Part shown: positions 47,762-59,003 of the stretch, in pieces | How the letters are laid out: each line of letters begins with the position of its first letter | How positions within the stretch are numbered: position 1 is the stretch's first letter | DNA from: Steroidobacteraceae bacterium | GTDB taxonomy: Bacteria; Pseudomonadota; Gammaproteobacteria; Steroidobacterales; Steroidobacteraceae | Reading direction: 5' to 3' | NCBI GenBank assembly: GCA_050012315.1 | Contig: JBEKHK010000008.1 | Span: 18,968 to 82,967 of the forward strand | Length of the DNA stretch: 64,000 nucleotides | Program-made: the position numbers and the translations under genes | Notes under the pieces: model-generated | What the model saw: the letters and a program-made list of their open reading frames with translations, nothing else | What the model was told of the DNA's origin: nothing | The model's database searches: none

Positions 47762-48629
47762 TGAACAGCTGCGCGACGTCGACGGCATCGAAAACGTAGG
47801 CTCGATTGCAAAAGTCGCAGCGCACCTCCACCTCACCGCGCTCGGCGAGAATCGATCGAGTCTCGGCTTCGCCCAGCCCATGCAGCATGCCGGCGACGCG
47901 CTCCCGAGAGCATCGGCAGCGAAAGTACACCGGCGAAGGCTCGAACAGCCGCAGATCGTCCTCATTGAACAGCCGATGCAGAATCTCCACGTCAGCCAGC
48001 GTGGAGAGCTCGGCGGGCGTCAGCGTATCGCCGATGAGTTGCACGCGCCGCCATGCGTCGTCGATCGCCGTGGCGGAGGCGCTCGTTCCCGCGCCCTCAC
48101 TGGTCGGCAGACGCTGCAGCAGCATGCCCGAGACCCCGGCATCATCGGCATACAGCCACAGGCGCGTGGGCAACTGCTCCGAATTCTGGAAATACAGCTG
48201 CAGCGATTCGGCAAGCCGGGCTCCCTCGATGGGCACGATGCCCTGGTAGCGTTGGGCGCCGTCGTCGGTCTCGAGGGTCACCGTCAAATTACCGGTCCCA
48301 ATGAGCGCGCCGATGCCGTGCGCCGCCGGCTCGCCTTCCAGTGAGCGATAGCGGGCCAAGCCGCGCACGCCGAGCCCGCTGGTGCACTGGGCCAGCAACA
48401 GGTGCACCGGTCCGTCGCCCTGCAACTGCAGCGACAGTACGCCGTCGAATTTGATCGTCGCGGCGAGCAGCAGCGATGCCGCCACGGCTTCGCCCAACAG
48501 ACCGCGTATTGCATCGGGATAGGCGCGGTGCTCGATCAGTGCCAGCCACGCGGCGTCCAGATGCACCAGATGTCCGCGGATCGGATAGTGCTCGAAGACG
48601 AACCGATGCAGGGAGTCTCGGTCGTGCAT
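47721..48629 (-). CDS. hslO: Hsp33-family redox-regulated chaperone
   Basis: 302 aa. MHDRDSLHRFVFEHYPIRGHLVHL and the C-terminal zinc centre CRCSRE...CDFC are canonical Hsp33. Confidence 0.9.
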   Translation of the reverse strand: MHDRDSLHRFVFEHYPIRGHLVHLDAAWLALIEHRAYPDAIRGLLGEAVAASLLLAATIKFDGVLSLQLQGDGPVHLLLAQCTSGLGVRGLARYRSLEGEPAAHGIGALIGTGNLTVTLETDDGAQRYQGIVPIEGARLAESLQLYFQNSEQLPTRLWLYADDAGVSGMLLQRLPTSEGAGTSASATAIDDAWRRVQLIGDTLTPAELSTLADVEILHRLFNEDDLRLFEPSPVYFRCRCSRERVAGMLHGLGEAETRSILAERGEVEVRCDFCNRAYVFDAVDVAQLFNAGVPADSGGSIH

Positions 48630-48648
48630 CAGATGAAAGGGCCGCCGG

Positions 48649-50103
48649 TCAGCTTGAACCGCCGCCGGCGAGCTTGACCTTGAGCAACTCGTTGAGCTGG
48701 GCGGGATTGGCCTTGCCGCCGGTCGCCTTCATCACCTGTCCGACGAAGAATCCGAACAGCTTGTCCTTGCCACTGCGATATTCGGCGAGTTGCTTCGGAT
48801 TCGCCGCGATGACCGAGTCGATCACGCCTTCGATGGCGCCGGAGTCGGTGATCTGCTTCAAGCCCTGGGCTTCTATGATGGCATCCGCCGGCCTTCCCTC
48901 CGACCACATCGCCTCGAACACGTCCTTCGCGATCTTGCCCGAGATCGTTTCATCCACGATGCGTTTCAAGAGATCGGCGAGCGCGGCGGGCGAAACCCGC
49001 GAGCCGGCGATTTCGACGCTATCGCGGTTCAAGGCGCTCGACAGCTCGCCCATGACCCAGTTCGCCGCGAGCTTGGCATGCGGCGCGCCGAGCGCCGCCA
49101 CCACCGACTCGTAGAACGCGCCCATCTCGCGGCTCGCCGACAAGACGCCCGCATCGTAGGCCGACAGCCCGAAGTCGCGCGCGAACCGCGCAGCCTTCTC
49201 GTCCGGCAGCTCCGGCAGCGTCGTGCGCACGGATGCCACGAACTTCTCGTCGACCTCCACCGGCAACAGATCCGGATCCGGGAAATAGCGGTAATCGTTC
49301 GCTTCCTCTTTGGAGCGCATGGAGCGCGTCTCGTTCTTGTCCGAGTCGTAGAGCCGCGTTTCCTGCACCACGGTGCCGCCGCTCTCGATCAACTCGATCT
49401 GCCGCCCCACCTCGTAGTGGATCGCCTTTTCGACGAAACGAAACGAGTTCAGATTCTTGATCTCCGCGCGGGTGCCGAATTTGGCCGCACCCCTCGGCCT
49501 CACCGAGACATTGGCATCGCAGCGGAACGAGCCCTCCTGCATGTTGCCGTCGCAGATCTCCAGGTACCGCACCAGGGTGTGGACCTTCTTCATGTACGCG
49601 ACGGCCTCCTTGGCCGAGCGCATATCGGGTTCCGATACGATCTCGAGAAGCGGCGTACCCGCTCGATTCAAGTCGATGCCGGTGGCGTTCGCGAGTCCTT
49701 CATGGAGCGATTTGCCGGCGTCCTCCTCGAGATGCGCGCGAGTGATGCCGACCGTCTTCACGGCGCCGTCGTCGAGCATGATGGTGATCGCGCCCTTGCC
49801 GACCACCGGAAGCTCGTACTGGCTGATCTGGTAGCCCTTCGGAAGATCGGGGTAGAAATAGTTCTTACGCGCGAAAATCGACCTGGGCGCTATGGCCGCG
49901 CCGATCGCGAGCCCGAACTTGACGGCCATGCGCAGGGCTTCCTCGTTGAGCACCGGCAGCACCCCGGGATAGGCAAGGTCGACCAGATTGGCCTGCGTGT
50001 TGGGCGTCGCGCCGTAGGCGGTCGAGGAGCCGGAGAAAATCTTCGATCGGGTCGCGAGCTGCGCGTGAATCTCGAGGCCGATCACCACTTCCCAGTCCGA
50101 CAT
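48649..50103 (-). CDS. gatB: Asp/Glu-tRNA(Asn/Gln) amidotransferase subunit B
   Basis: 484 aa from the internal ATG ([25 protein letters not shown]). The start overlaps the gatA stop (TGATG at 50101-50105). Confidence 0.95.
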   Translation of the reverse strand: MSDWEVVIGLEIHAQLATRSKIFSGSSTAYGATPNTQANLVDLAYPGVLPVLNEEALRMAVKFGLAIGAAIAPRSIFARKNYFYPDLPKGYQISQYELPVVGKGAITIMLDDGAVKTVGITRAHLEEDAGKSLHEGLANATGIDLNRAGTPLLEIVSEPDMRSAKEAVAYMKKVHTLVRYLEICDGNMQEGSFRCDANVSVRPRGAAKFGTRAEIKNLNSFRFVEKAIHYEVGRQIELIESGGTVVQETRLYDSDKNETRSMRSKEEANDYRYFPDPDLLPVEVDEKFVASVRTTLPELPDEKAARFARDFGLSAYDAGVLSASREMGAFYESVVAALGAPHAKLAANWVMGELSSALNRDSVEIAGSRVSPAALADLLKRIVDETISGKIAKDVFEAMWSEGRPADAIIEAQGLKQITDSGAIEGVIDSVIAANPKQLAEYRSGKDKLFGFFVGQVMKATGGKANPAQLNELLKVKLAGGGSS

Positions 50104-51572
50104 CACTGATACCCGCCCGGCGTCTTGCGGTGCCAATCGGTCGCACGCTGGTAGTGATGGGCGGCCGACAGGAGCCTGGCCTCGGAGAAATGCGGTCCGA
50201 TCAATTGCATTCCCACCGGCAATTCGTCGACGAACCCGCAGGGCGCCGAGATGCCCGGAAGCCCCGCGAGGTTCGCGCCGATGGTGTAGATGTCGTTCAG
50301 ATACATGGTGACCGGGTCGTCGACTTTGGCGCCGATGGCGAATGCGGGCGTGGGCGTGGTCGGGCCGACCAGCAGGTCCACTTTCTCGAAGGCCTTGCGA
50401 AAGTCGTCGGTGATCAGGCGCCGCACCTTCTGCGCCTTCAAATAGTACGCATCGAAATACCCGGCCGACAAGACATAGGTGCCGGTCATGATGCGGCGCT
50501 TGACCTCCGGCCCGAACCCTTCGCCGCGCGAACGCTCGTAGAGATCCAGGAGATCCTTGGGCTGATCGCACCGGTAGCCGTAGCGCACGCCGTCGAAGCG
50601 CGACAGATTCGAGGAGCATTCGGCTGGAGCAACCACGTAATACGTGGGCACCGACAAGGGTAGATGCGGCAGGCTGACCTCGATGGTCTCGGCCCCCATC
50701 GCGGTGTAGACCTCGAGTGCGTCCCGGATGAGCGCGGCGTTGCGGCTCTCCAATCCGTCGAAGAACTCGCGCAAAATGCCGAGTTTGAGGCCTTTGAGCG
50801 GGGCGTCCAGCGCGGCCGAATAATCGGGGACCGGCGTGTCGACGCTGGTCGAGTCCTTGGGATCGAATCCCGCCATGACCTCGAGCACGACTGCCGCATC
50901 CTCCGCGGATCGGGCAAGCACTCCGGCCTGATCCAAGCTCGAGGCGAAAGCGATCATCCCGTAGCGCGAAACCCTTCCGTACGTGGGTTTGACGCCCGTC
51001 ACACCCGTGAGGGCGGCGGGTTGGCGGATCGATCCGCCCGTATCGGTCCCCGTCGTAAAAGGCGCCAGCCGGGCGGCGGAAGCCGCGGATGAGCCGCCGG
51101 ACGATCCGCCGGGTACCTTGGTGGTATCCCACGGATTCCTCACCGGACCGTAATAGCTGGTCTCGTTCGAGGAGCCCATGGCGAACTCGTCCATGTTCGA
51201 TTTGCCCAGCATCACCGTACCGGCGCCCTTCAGCTTGGCCACGATCGTGGCGTCGTAGGGCGAGATGAAATTGTCGAGCATGCGTGATCCGCAGCTCGTT
51301 CGGACCCCTTCGGTGCAGAAAATATCTTTATGAATGAGAGGGATGCCGAGCAGGCGCCCGCGCTCTCCGGCCGCCAGGCGCCGATCGGCCGCCCGAGCCG
51401 CCTCGAGGGCCTGATCGGCCGTCAGAGTGATCACGGCGTTCAGACTCGGGTTCAGCCGCTCGATCCGCGCCAGGAAATGCCTGGCCAGCTCGACGCTCGA
51501 GATCTCTCTGGCAGCCAAACGGCGGGCGAGCTCGCCGACGGAAAAGGTGTGCAGCATCGTCGATGGACTCAA
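50103..51572 (-). CDS. gatA: Glu-tRNA(Gln) amidotransferase subunit A
   Basis: 489 aa. The amidase signature [13 protein letters not shown] and typical GatA blocks ([11 protein letters not shown]). Confidence 0.95.
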   Translation of the reverse strand: MSPSTMLHTFSVGELARRLAAREISSVELARHFLARIERLNPSLNAVITLTADQALEAARAADRRLAAGERGRLLGIPLIHKDIFCTEGVRTSCGSRMLDNFISPYDATIVAKLKGAGTVMLGKSNMDEFAMGSSNETSYYGPVRNPWDTTKVPGGSSGGSSAASAARLAPFTTGTDTGGSIRQPAALTGVTGVKPTYGRVSRYGMIAFASSLDQAGVLARSAEDAAVVLEVMAGFDPKDSTSVDTPVPDYSAALDAPLKGLKLGILREFFDGLESRNAALIRDALEVYTAMGAETIEVSLPHLPLSVPTYYVVAPAECSSNLSRFDGVRYGYRCDQPKDLLDLYERSRGEGFGPEVKRRIMTGTYVLSAGYFDAYYLKAQKVRRLITDDFRKAFEKVDLLVGPTTPTPAFAIGAKVDDPVTMYLNDIYTIGANLAGLPGISAPCGFVDELPVGMQLIGPHFSEARLLSAAHHYQRATDWHRKTPGGYQ

Positions 51573-51581
51573 CTGAAGGCG

Positions 51582-51872
51582 TTACTCGATGACTCGCGGG
51601 ACGACGTACAGCCCGGCTTGCACCCGAGGGGCATTGGCCTGGTAGTTCTCGCGATGGTCGGTTTCGGTCACGACATCCGCGCGCAGCCGTTGGCGCTGAC
51701 CTTCGAGCGGATGAGCCATCGGCTCGACGCTGTGCGTTTCCACTCGCGACAGTTCGTCGACGAAGTCGACGATGCTCGAGAGACTGGTGACGTACACTGG
51801 CATTTCTGCTTCGGTGATCGACAGCCGCGCGAGGCGCGCGATCTTTTCGACGTCTTTGCGGGTCAAGCTCAT
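51582..51872 (-). CDS. gatC: Asp/Glu-tRNA amidotransferase subunit C
   Basis: 96 aa. MSLTRKDVEKIARLARLSITEAE. Located upstream of gatA-gatB. Confidence 0.9.
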   Translation of the reverse strand: MSLTRKDVEKIARLARLSITEAEMPVYVTSLSSIVDFVDELSRVETHSVEPMAHPLEGQRQRLRADVVTETDHRENYQANAPRVQAGLYVVPRVIE

Positions 51873-51934
51873 ATCGGGTATTCAAAAATGCGCGCGAGTG
51901 CGCAAAAAAAGCGTTCCCGATGATACACGTTGCC

Positions 51935-51963
51935 TTGCTGAAAGTCCCATCGGTTGTTACATT
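51935..51963 (+). promoter_or_regulatory. Candidate sigma70 promoter for mreB (TTGCTG-N17-TACATT)
   Basis: The hexamers and 17-nt spacer were read directly in the relatively AT-rich 135-nt gatC/mreB divergent region, about 45 nt upstream of the mreB ATG. This is prediction only. Confidence 0.3.
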
Positions 51964-51965
51964 AG

Positions 51966-53051
<1,086 letters not shown>

Positions 53052-53078
53052 TGTCAGCGACTAGAGCGGTTCTCTCGC

Positions 53079-54101
53079 ATGGTCGCGTTCCGTAATTCCG
53101 ATCCGTCGGGTCGCACGAGTGGACTGCTGCTTCGCTGCGTGCTGTATTCGCTGCTCGCTCTCGGGCTGATCATCGTCGACAAGCGCTACGATCACCTGGG
53201 CAAAATCCGTCGCTGGCTGTCGATCGTCGCCTACCCCGTCCAAGTCGCCGTCGAAAGTCCGTTTGCGGGATGGCATTGGTTCCGAGAGAGCGTCACCACG
53301 CGCGATGCGCTGCGCGAGGACAATGTGCGTCTCCAAGCTGATCTGCGCCTCGCGCAATTCAAACTGCAGCGCTACGAGGCGCTCGAATCCGAGACTCAGC
53401 GGTTGCGGGCGTTGCGCGCCAACACCGCCGATGTCGCGAGCCGGTTCGTCATCGGCGACATCATGGATTTGGATCTCGACGCGTTCCGCGAGCGCGTGCT
53501 GGTCGACAAGGGCGCTCACGATGGCGTATTCGTCGGGCAGGCCGTGCTCGATGCGGGCGGCGTGTTCGGCCAGGTCGCCCGAGTCGAGCAACTCACCAGC
53601 GAAGTCATCCTGGTCAGTGACCCTGCGCACGCCATCCCCGTCCAGATCAACCGCAATGGCCTGCGCACCATCGCGGTGGGCACGGGTGATACCAGCCGGT
53701 TGAAGCTGCCCTACCTGCCGACCAGCGCCGATGTGGTGGTGGGCGACCTCGTGGTCACCTCCGGCCTCGGCGGCGGTTTCCCGGCCGGCTATCCGGTGGG
53801 CACGGTGTCGGCCGTGAAGCGTGACCCTTCCCAGTCATTGGCCGATGTCGACGTTCGCCCGGCGGCGGCGCTCGACCGGTCGCGCGAGCTCATGCTGGTC
53901 TGGCTGCCGCCGAGCCCCGTGCTGCCCACGGCGGCCGCGCCGGCGACCGGCGGTGCGGGTCCCGCGAATGCAGCGCCCGCCCCGGCGGGCAAGGCCGCGG
54001 CGCCGGGCAAGGCCGCTGCCCCGCCGGCCGCCGCAAAGCCCGCCAAGGCTCCTGCCGCGAAGCCCGCTGCCGCCAAGCCGCCGGCAGGCCACACGCCATG
54101 A
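53079..54101 (+). CDS. mreC: Rod-shape-determining protein MreC with Ala/Pro/Lys-rich C-terminal tail
   Basis: 340 aa with an N-terminal TM, a coiled coil (LREDNVRLQADLRLAQFKLQRYEALESETQRLR) and beta-domains (VTSGLGGGFPAGYPVG). Confidence 0.9.
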   Translation: MVAFRNSDPSGRTSGLLLRCVLYSLLALGLIIVDKRYDHLGKIRRWLSIVAYPVQVAVESPFAGWHWFRESVTTRDALREDNVRLQADLRLAQFKLQRYEALESETQRLRALRANTADVASRFVIGDIMDLDLDAFRERVLVDKGAHDGVFVGQAVLDAGGVFGQVARVEQLTSEVILVSDPAHAIPVQINRNGLRTIAVGTGDTSRLKLPYLPTSADVVVGDLVVTSGLGGGFPAGYPVGTVSAVKRDPSQSLADVDVRPAAALDRSRELMLVWLPPSPVLPTAAAPATGGAGPANAAPAPAGKAAAPGKAAAPPAAAKPAKAPAAKPAAAKPPAGHTP

Positions 54102-54574
54102 TGCGCGACGATCCCATCCGCCGGCTGCCGATGGCACTGTCCTCGCTCGTGGCGCTCGCACTGGCGGTGATTCCCCTCCCTGCGGCGCTCGACGTCTTCC
54201 GCCCGGACCTGTTGGTGCTGGTGGTCTTTTATTGGTCGATCGAGTCCCCCCGCGCCGGCGGCCTCACACTCGCCTTCACCTCCGGGCTGGCGCTCGACGT
54301 GATCAACGGTGTCGTGCTCGGTCAGCATGCGCTGGCGCTTACCTTGATGGCGGCCTGGGCCACGCATCTGCGCCTGCGGCTTCGCGTCTTCTCGCTCCTG
54401 TCACAATCGCTCACCATCTTCGCTCTGCTCACGGGATACCAGTTCATTCTCTTTTGGATCGACGGTGCAACCGGCAATCCGGTGACGAGTTTCAGCCGAT
54501 GGTTCGCCCCGCTGGTGGGCGCGATCATTTGGCCGTTGCTGGCCGGCGCGCTCGGGCGGTTGAACGAGCGCTGA
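54098..54574 (+). CDS. mreD: Rod-shape-determining protein MreD
   Basis: 158 aa, 5 TM helices. The ATGA overlaps the mreC stop. Position and size are typical. Confidence 0.85.
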   Translation: MMRDDPIRRLPMALSSLVALALAVIPLPAALDVFRPDLLVLVVFYWSIESPRAGGLTLAFTSGLALDVINGVVLGQHALALTLMAAWATHLRLRLRVFSLLSQSLTIFALLTGYQFILFWIDGATGNPVTSFSRWFAPLVGAIIWPLLAGALGRLNER

Positions 54575-54609
54575 TCCAGGTCGAGGTAGTTAATGCCGGA
54601 GGCCACGCC

Positions 54610-55749
54610 ATGATATTCGATGAGTTCTCTCCTTCGCGGACACGCCGCACGCTCACGGCCGGGGGCCGTACGCTGCGAGCTCTCGGGCTCGACGGTCCCC
54701 TGACCGGCGTACTCGCGTTGATCGTGTGCATCGGGATCCTGGTCGTCTACAGCGCCTCGGGCCAGAACATCAAAATGGTCGAGCACCATCTGGCCAACAT
54801 CGCCATCGCGGTGACCGCGCTGCTCGCCCTCGCACGGTTCTCGAGCCCGCAGTATCTGCGCCTGTTCTCGCCGGTCGCCTACATCATCGGCATCTTGCTC
54901 TTGGCGGTCGTGGCGGTCACCGGGCACATCGGCAAGGGCGCACAGCGCTGGCTCGACATCGGTTTCATTCGATTCCAGCCTTCCGAGATCATGAAACTCG
55001 CGGTGCCCATGATGTGCGCGTGGTACATGCACGAGCGGCCGCTCCCGCCGACCTTCCTCGACATCATCGTCATGGGGATCTTGATCATGATTCCGACCGC
55101 CATGGTCGTGGTCCAGCCGGACTTGGGCACCGCGCTCTTGATCGGCGCATCCGGCCTCATCGTCATGCTGCTCGCCGGCATGCAATTTCGGATCATTCTG
55201 GTCTCGATCCCGCTGCTCGGCGGGGCGGCATGGGGCGCCTGGCATGTCATCCACGATTACCAGCGCCAGCGCATCCTGACCTTCCTCAACCCCGAGACTG
55301 ACCGGCTGGGGGCCGGCTATCACATCATTCAATCGCAGATTGCCATCGGCTCCGGCGGCGTTTTCGGCAAGGGCTACATGAACGGCAGTCAGGCGCAGCT
55401 CGAATTCCTGCCGGAGCGGTCGACCGACTTCATTTTCGCGGTCATCGGCGAGGAGTTCGGCCTTCTGGGTCAGCTGTTGATTCTTTCCCTGTACGGCGTC
55501 GTGATCGGCCGCGCCCTGTACCTCTCGATGCAGGGCCAGGACACCTTCACGCGCCTGACCGGCGGCGCCATCGCCCTGAGCTTCTTCGTCTACGTGTTCG
55601 TAAACTCCGGCATGGTGAGCGGCATCTTGCCCGTGGTCGGCGTACCGCTGCCGCTGATCAGCTACGGCGGCACCTCCATGGTCACCTTGCTGGCGGGCTT
55701 CGGAATACTGATGTCGCTCAACTCTCACCGCAAGCTCATCGGATCCTGA
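54610..55749 (+). CDS. rodA: SEDS-family peptidoglycan glycosyltransferase RodA
   Basis: 379 aa from the internal ATG of ORF 53821..55749. FQPSEIMKLAVPM, PDLGTALL, TDFIFAVIGEEFG and PLPLISYGGTS are hallmark SEDS blocks. Confidence 0.9.
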   Translation: MIFDEFSPSRTRRTLTAGGRTLRALGLDGPLTGVLALIVCIGILVVYSASGQNIKMVEHHLANIAIAVTALLALARFSSPQYLRLFSPVAYIIGILLLAVVAVTGHIGKGAQRWLDIGFIRFQPSEIMKLAVPMMCAWYMHERPLPPTFLDIIVMGILIMIPTAMVVVQPDLGTALLIGASGLIVMLLAGMQFRIILVSIPLLGGAAWGAWHVIHDYQRQRILTFLNPETDRLGAGYHIIQSQIAIGSGGVFGKGYMNGSQAQLEFLPERSTDFIFAVIGEEFGLLGQLLILSLYGVVIGRALYLSMQGQDTFTRLTGGAIALSFFVYVFVNSGMVSGILPVVGVPLPLISYGGTSMVTLLAGFGILMSLNSHRKLIGS

Positions 55750-55753
55750 GCGC

Positions 55754-56794
55754 GTGCGCCCGTCGCATTTCGCAAAAGCCCTTCTCCTCGCAACGGCCAT
55801 GCTCGTCGCGAGCGCCCGGTCGGTCGCGCTCGACACGCACCGCGCCGACGTGAAGGACTTCATCGCGCAGATGGCGCAACAATACGATTTCAAGAAGAGA
55901 AAGCTGCGCAAACTCCTCAAGGCCGCTCAGAGCCAGCCGGCGATCCTGCAGGCGATGGAACGGCCCGCAGAGCAGGCCAAGCCATGGTACGAGTATCGGG
56001 CGATCTTCCTGACCGATCGGCGCATCCGGGAAGGCACCGAATTTTGGCTGGCGCACCGGCAGGAGCTGGACCGGGCCAGCGTGCGCTCGGGTGTCGCGCC
56101 CGAATACATCGCCGCCATCCTCGGCGTCGAGACCTTCTACGGACGGCAGACCGGGTCCTACCGCGTGCTCGATGCGCTCGCGACACTCGCATTCGACTAT
56201 CCGCCGCGCGCCAAATTCTTCCGCGACGAGCTCGAACAATTCCTGATTTTGACCCGTGACTTCAACATGGACCCTCTGACCCTCAAGGGCTCCTACGCGG
56301 GGGCCATGGGCGCACCGCAATTCATGCCGTCGAATTACCGGCGCTTCGCGGTCGACGCGAACTCCGACGGCCGCATCGATCTGTGGACCAACTGGTCGGA
56401 CGTGTGCGCCAGTGTAGGAAATTATCTGCGCGAGCACGGCTGGAACGAGGGCGAGCCGGTGCTCACCGAAGCGGCCGTGGATCCCGGCAAGGCAGCCGAT
56501 CTCGATGGCCGCAAGCTCGCCCTCGATGAGACCGTGGGCTCTCTCAAGGCCAAGGGCGTCAGCTTCGACAGCTCGATGCCCGCCGACGCGCCCGCGATGC
56601 TGGTCGCGGCAGACGAGCCGGACGGCGTGCACTGGCGCGTGGGTTACAACAACTTCTTCGTCATCACGCGCTACAACCACAGCGCGCTCTACGCCATGGC
56701 GGTGTACGAGCTGGCGGCCGCGGTCAAGCAGCAAGTGCTGATGTCCGACACGCCGCGGCCCAACGAGACGGCGGCGACGGCCATACCACCGTGA
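55754..56794 (+). CDS. mltB: Lytic murein transglycosylase B
   Basis: 346 aa, GTG start, signal peptide. The blocks ILGVETFYG (catalytic Glu), [15 protein letters not shown] and [15 protein letters not shown] are as in MltB/SltB. Confidence 0.85.
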   Translation: MRPSHFAKALLLATAMLVASARSVALDTHRADVKDFIAQMAQQYDFKKRKLRKLLKAAQSQPAILQAMERPAEQAKPWYEYRAIFLTDRRIREGTEFWLAHRQELDRASVRSGVAPEYIAAILGVETFYGRQTGSYRVLDALATLAFDYPPRAKFFRDELEQFLILTRDFNMDPLTLKGSYAGAMGAPQFMPSNYRRFAVDANSDGRIDLWTNWSDVCASVGNYLREHGWNEGEPVLTEAAVDPGKAADLDGRKLALDETVGSLKAKGVSFDSSMPADAPAMLVAADEPDGVHWRVGYNNFFVITRYNHSALYAMAVYELAAAVKQQVLMSDTPRPNETAATAIPP

Positions 56795-57780
56795 ACGCCG
56801 CGCGTGCGCCGTCAATCTCGTTCGCGGCCGCGATTGCGGTCGGCCTCGGCGGCTGCGTCAGCACGCGTCATGCTCCGCCGCCGCCGAGCACCCAGGCTCC
56901 TGCGCCGGCGGCGCCCTCGGCGGCTCTGCCCCCGCCGCTGCCCGGGACGGTCCCCGACGCGGTCCCGCGGTACGAGCCCCGCTCGCCGTACGGCAACCCC
57001 CCCTTCTACGACGTATTCGGCAAGCGCTACTTCGTGCTCTCGTCGAGCGCCGACTACGTCGAGCGCGGTGTCGCCTCGTGGTACGGGCCGGGCTTTCACC
57101 AGGTGCGCACGTCGACCCGCGAACCTTACGACATGTACGGCATGACCGCCGCCCACAAGACGCTTCCGCTGCCCTGTTACGCGCGCGTCACCAACCTGCA
57201 GAACGGCCGCAGTATCGTCGTCCGGATCAACGACCGCGGTCCCTTCGTCGGCAACCGCATCATCGATCTGTCCTACACCGCGGCCGCGAAGCTTGACATG
57301 CTGCGAAACGGAACCGCCATGGTCGAGGTCCGCACCGTCGGACCGACATCCCCCTCCGGGGTGCTGCCGCCCCTGCCGCCGCCCGCGCCGCCGCCGGTCG
57401 TCACGGCGCAGGCGCAAGGCGCGGCACCCTGGGTTTCCGGCGTGGCCCCGTTGCCGGCGTCCACCCCGACGCCGGTGGGCGCACCGCCTGCGGCGCCGCC
57501 GGGCGCTCCCGTCGTCGCTCCGGCTCCCGTCACCTCCGCCCCGGTGGCCGCGCTGTTCGTTCAGGCGGGGGCTTTTGCCGACCCCGCGAATGCGGAACGC
57601 CTCGCGCAGAAGCTTCGAGGCGGCGGCTATGGCAAAGTCTTCGTTCGCGATGATGTGATCGCCGGGCGGCGCATGTATCGTGTGCGCATCGGCCCCGTCC
57701 CCGGCGTGCCCGAGTTCGATCGTATCGTCGCTGCTCTGGAAGAGGTCGGGGTCCGCGATGCGCACCTGGCGCTCGACTGA
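56791..57780 (+). CDS. rlpA: Septal-ring lytic transglycosylase RlpA (DPBB domain + C-terminal SPOR domain)
   Basis: GTG start overlapping the mltB stop. It has a lipobox (LGGCV), a DPBB block [58 protein letters not shown], a Pro/Ala linker and a SPOR-like end ([17 protein letters not shown]...YRVRIGP). Confidence 0.85.
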   Translation: MNAARAPSISFAAAIAVGLGGCVSTRHAPPPPSTQAPAPAAPSAALPPPLPGTVPDAVPRYEPRSPYGNPPFYDVFGKRYFVLSSSADYVERGVASWYGPGFHQVRTSTREPYDMYGMTAAHKTLPLPCYARVTNLQNGRSIVVRINDRGPFVGNRIIDLSYTAAAKLDMLRNGTAMVEVRTVGPTSPSGVLPPLPPPAPPPVVTAQAQGAAPWVSGVAPLPASTPTPVGAPPAAPPGAPVVAPAPVTSAPVAALFVQAGAFADPANAERLAQKLRGGGYGKVFVRDDVIAGRRMYRVRIGPVPGVPEFDRIVAALEEVGVRDAHLALD

Positions 57781-57839
57781 TCACGGCCTCTGCCTCACGG
57801 AATTCTCACCTCAACCACCACTTCCAAGGTACTCGTTCA

Positions 57840-58994
57840 ATGCTTCGTGCTCCGTTCGCCGTCCGCCCCCTCTGTGCTCTGCTGCTGCTGACCGTGTTGT
57901 CGCCGCTCTCCTTCGGCGCCGACATTCCCATCCCCACACCGCCCACGGTGGATGCCCGTGCCTACGTGGTCGTCGACTACCGCACGGACAAGACCCTGGC
58001 GGCGCTCGATGCCGACGCGCGCATGGAGCCCGCGAGCCTCACCAAGCTGATGACGGCGTATATCGTGTTTCAGGAACTCGCCGCCGGGAAGCTGAAGCTC
58101 CAGGACCAGGTGGTCGTGAGCGAGCACGCGTGGCGTTCGGAGGGCTCTCGTACCTTCATCGAGCTCGGCAAGCCGGTATCGGTCGAGCTCTTGATCCTGG
58201 GCATGGTCGTGCAGTCGGGGAACGACGCCACGGTCGCCCTGGCGGAGCGCATCGCCGGCACCGAGGAGACCTTCGCGCAGCTCATGAACGCGAACGCGAA
58301 GCGCCTCGGCATGGCGGGGACTCATTTCGAGAACAGCTCCGGGCTCCCCTCGCCCAACCACTACACGACCGCGCACGACCTGTCGCTGCTCGCCATCGCC
58401 TTGATCCGCGATTTCCCGCAGTATTACAAATATTTCTCCGTGCGCGAATTCGAGTACAACGGCATCAAGCAGCAGAACCGCAACGGCCTGCTGGGCCGCG
58501 ATTCGAGCATCGACGGATTGAAGACCGGCCATACCGATTCGGCCGGCTTCTGTCTCGTGACCTCGGCGCTGCGCGATGGAATGCGCGTTGTGTCGGTGGT
58601 GCTCGGCTCGAAGAGCTTCAAGGGACGCGAGGACGCGAGCGGCGCGCTCATCAACTACGCGTTCACCTTTTACGACACCAAGCTCGTGGTCAAGGGCGGC
58701 GCCAAGCTCGCCTCGACGCACGTCTGGAAGGCGGCGGCCACGCCGGTTGATGTGGGCGTGGACGACGATCTCTACATCACCTTGCCGCGCAGCGCATCGG
58801 GCGACATCAAGACCACGGTCGATGTGCAGCCCAGGCTGATTGCGCCTCTGTCGCGCAACGCCGACATCGGAGTCCTGCATGTGGTCGCCGGATCCGAGAC
58901 CGTGGCGACGGTTCCCGTACATCCGCTCACCGCGGTCGCCGAAGGCGGCTGGTGGCGGCGTCTGATCGATACCATTCGCTTGTGGTTCGCGTAA
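57840..58994 (+). CDS. D-alanyl-D-alanine carboxypeptidase (PBP5/6 family, S11)
   Basis: 384 aa with a signal peptide, SxxK (PASLTKLMT), SxN (QSGND) and KTG (LKTGHT) motifs. Confidence 0.9.
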   Translation: MLRAPFAVRPLCALLLLTVLSPLSFGADIPIPTPPTVDARAYVVVDYRTDKTLAALDADARMEPASLTKLMTAYIVFQELAAGKLKLQDQVVVSEHAWRSEGSRTFIELGKPVSVELLILGMVVQSGNDATVALAERIAGTEETFAQLMNANAKRLGMAGTHFENSSGLPSPNHYTTAHDLSLLAIALIRDFPQYYKYFSVREFEYNGIKQQNRNGLLGRDSSIDGLKTGHTDSAGFCLVTSALRDGMRVVSVVLGSKSFKGREDASGALINYAFTFYDTKLVVKGGAKLASTHVWKAAATPVDVGVDDDLYITLPRSASGDIKTTVDVQPRLIAPLSRNADIGVLHVVAGSETVATVPVHPLTAVAEGGWWRRLIDTIRLWFA

Positions 58995-59003
58995 GCTTTC
59001 GGC

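Noticed and set aside
51889-51904. Small hairpin TGCGC-gcgagt-GCGCA flanked by A/T runs between gatC and mreB
   Set aside because: It has only a 5-bp stem and lies upstream of both divergent genes, so it cannot be terminating either. It may be incidental or a minor 5'-UTR structure.
53821-54609. Upstream part of ORF 53821..55749, examined as a possible remnant of the missing mrdA (PBP2)
   Set aside because: The translation is Arg/Pro-rich and lies out of frame over mreC and mreD. It lacks the SxxK, SxN and KTG transpeptidase motifs, so it is not a PBP2 relic.
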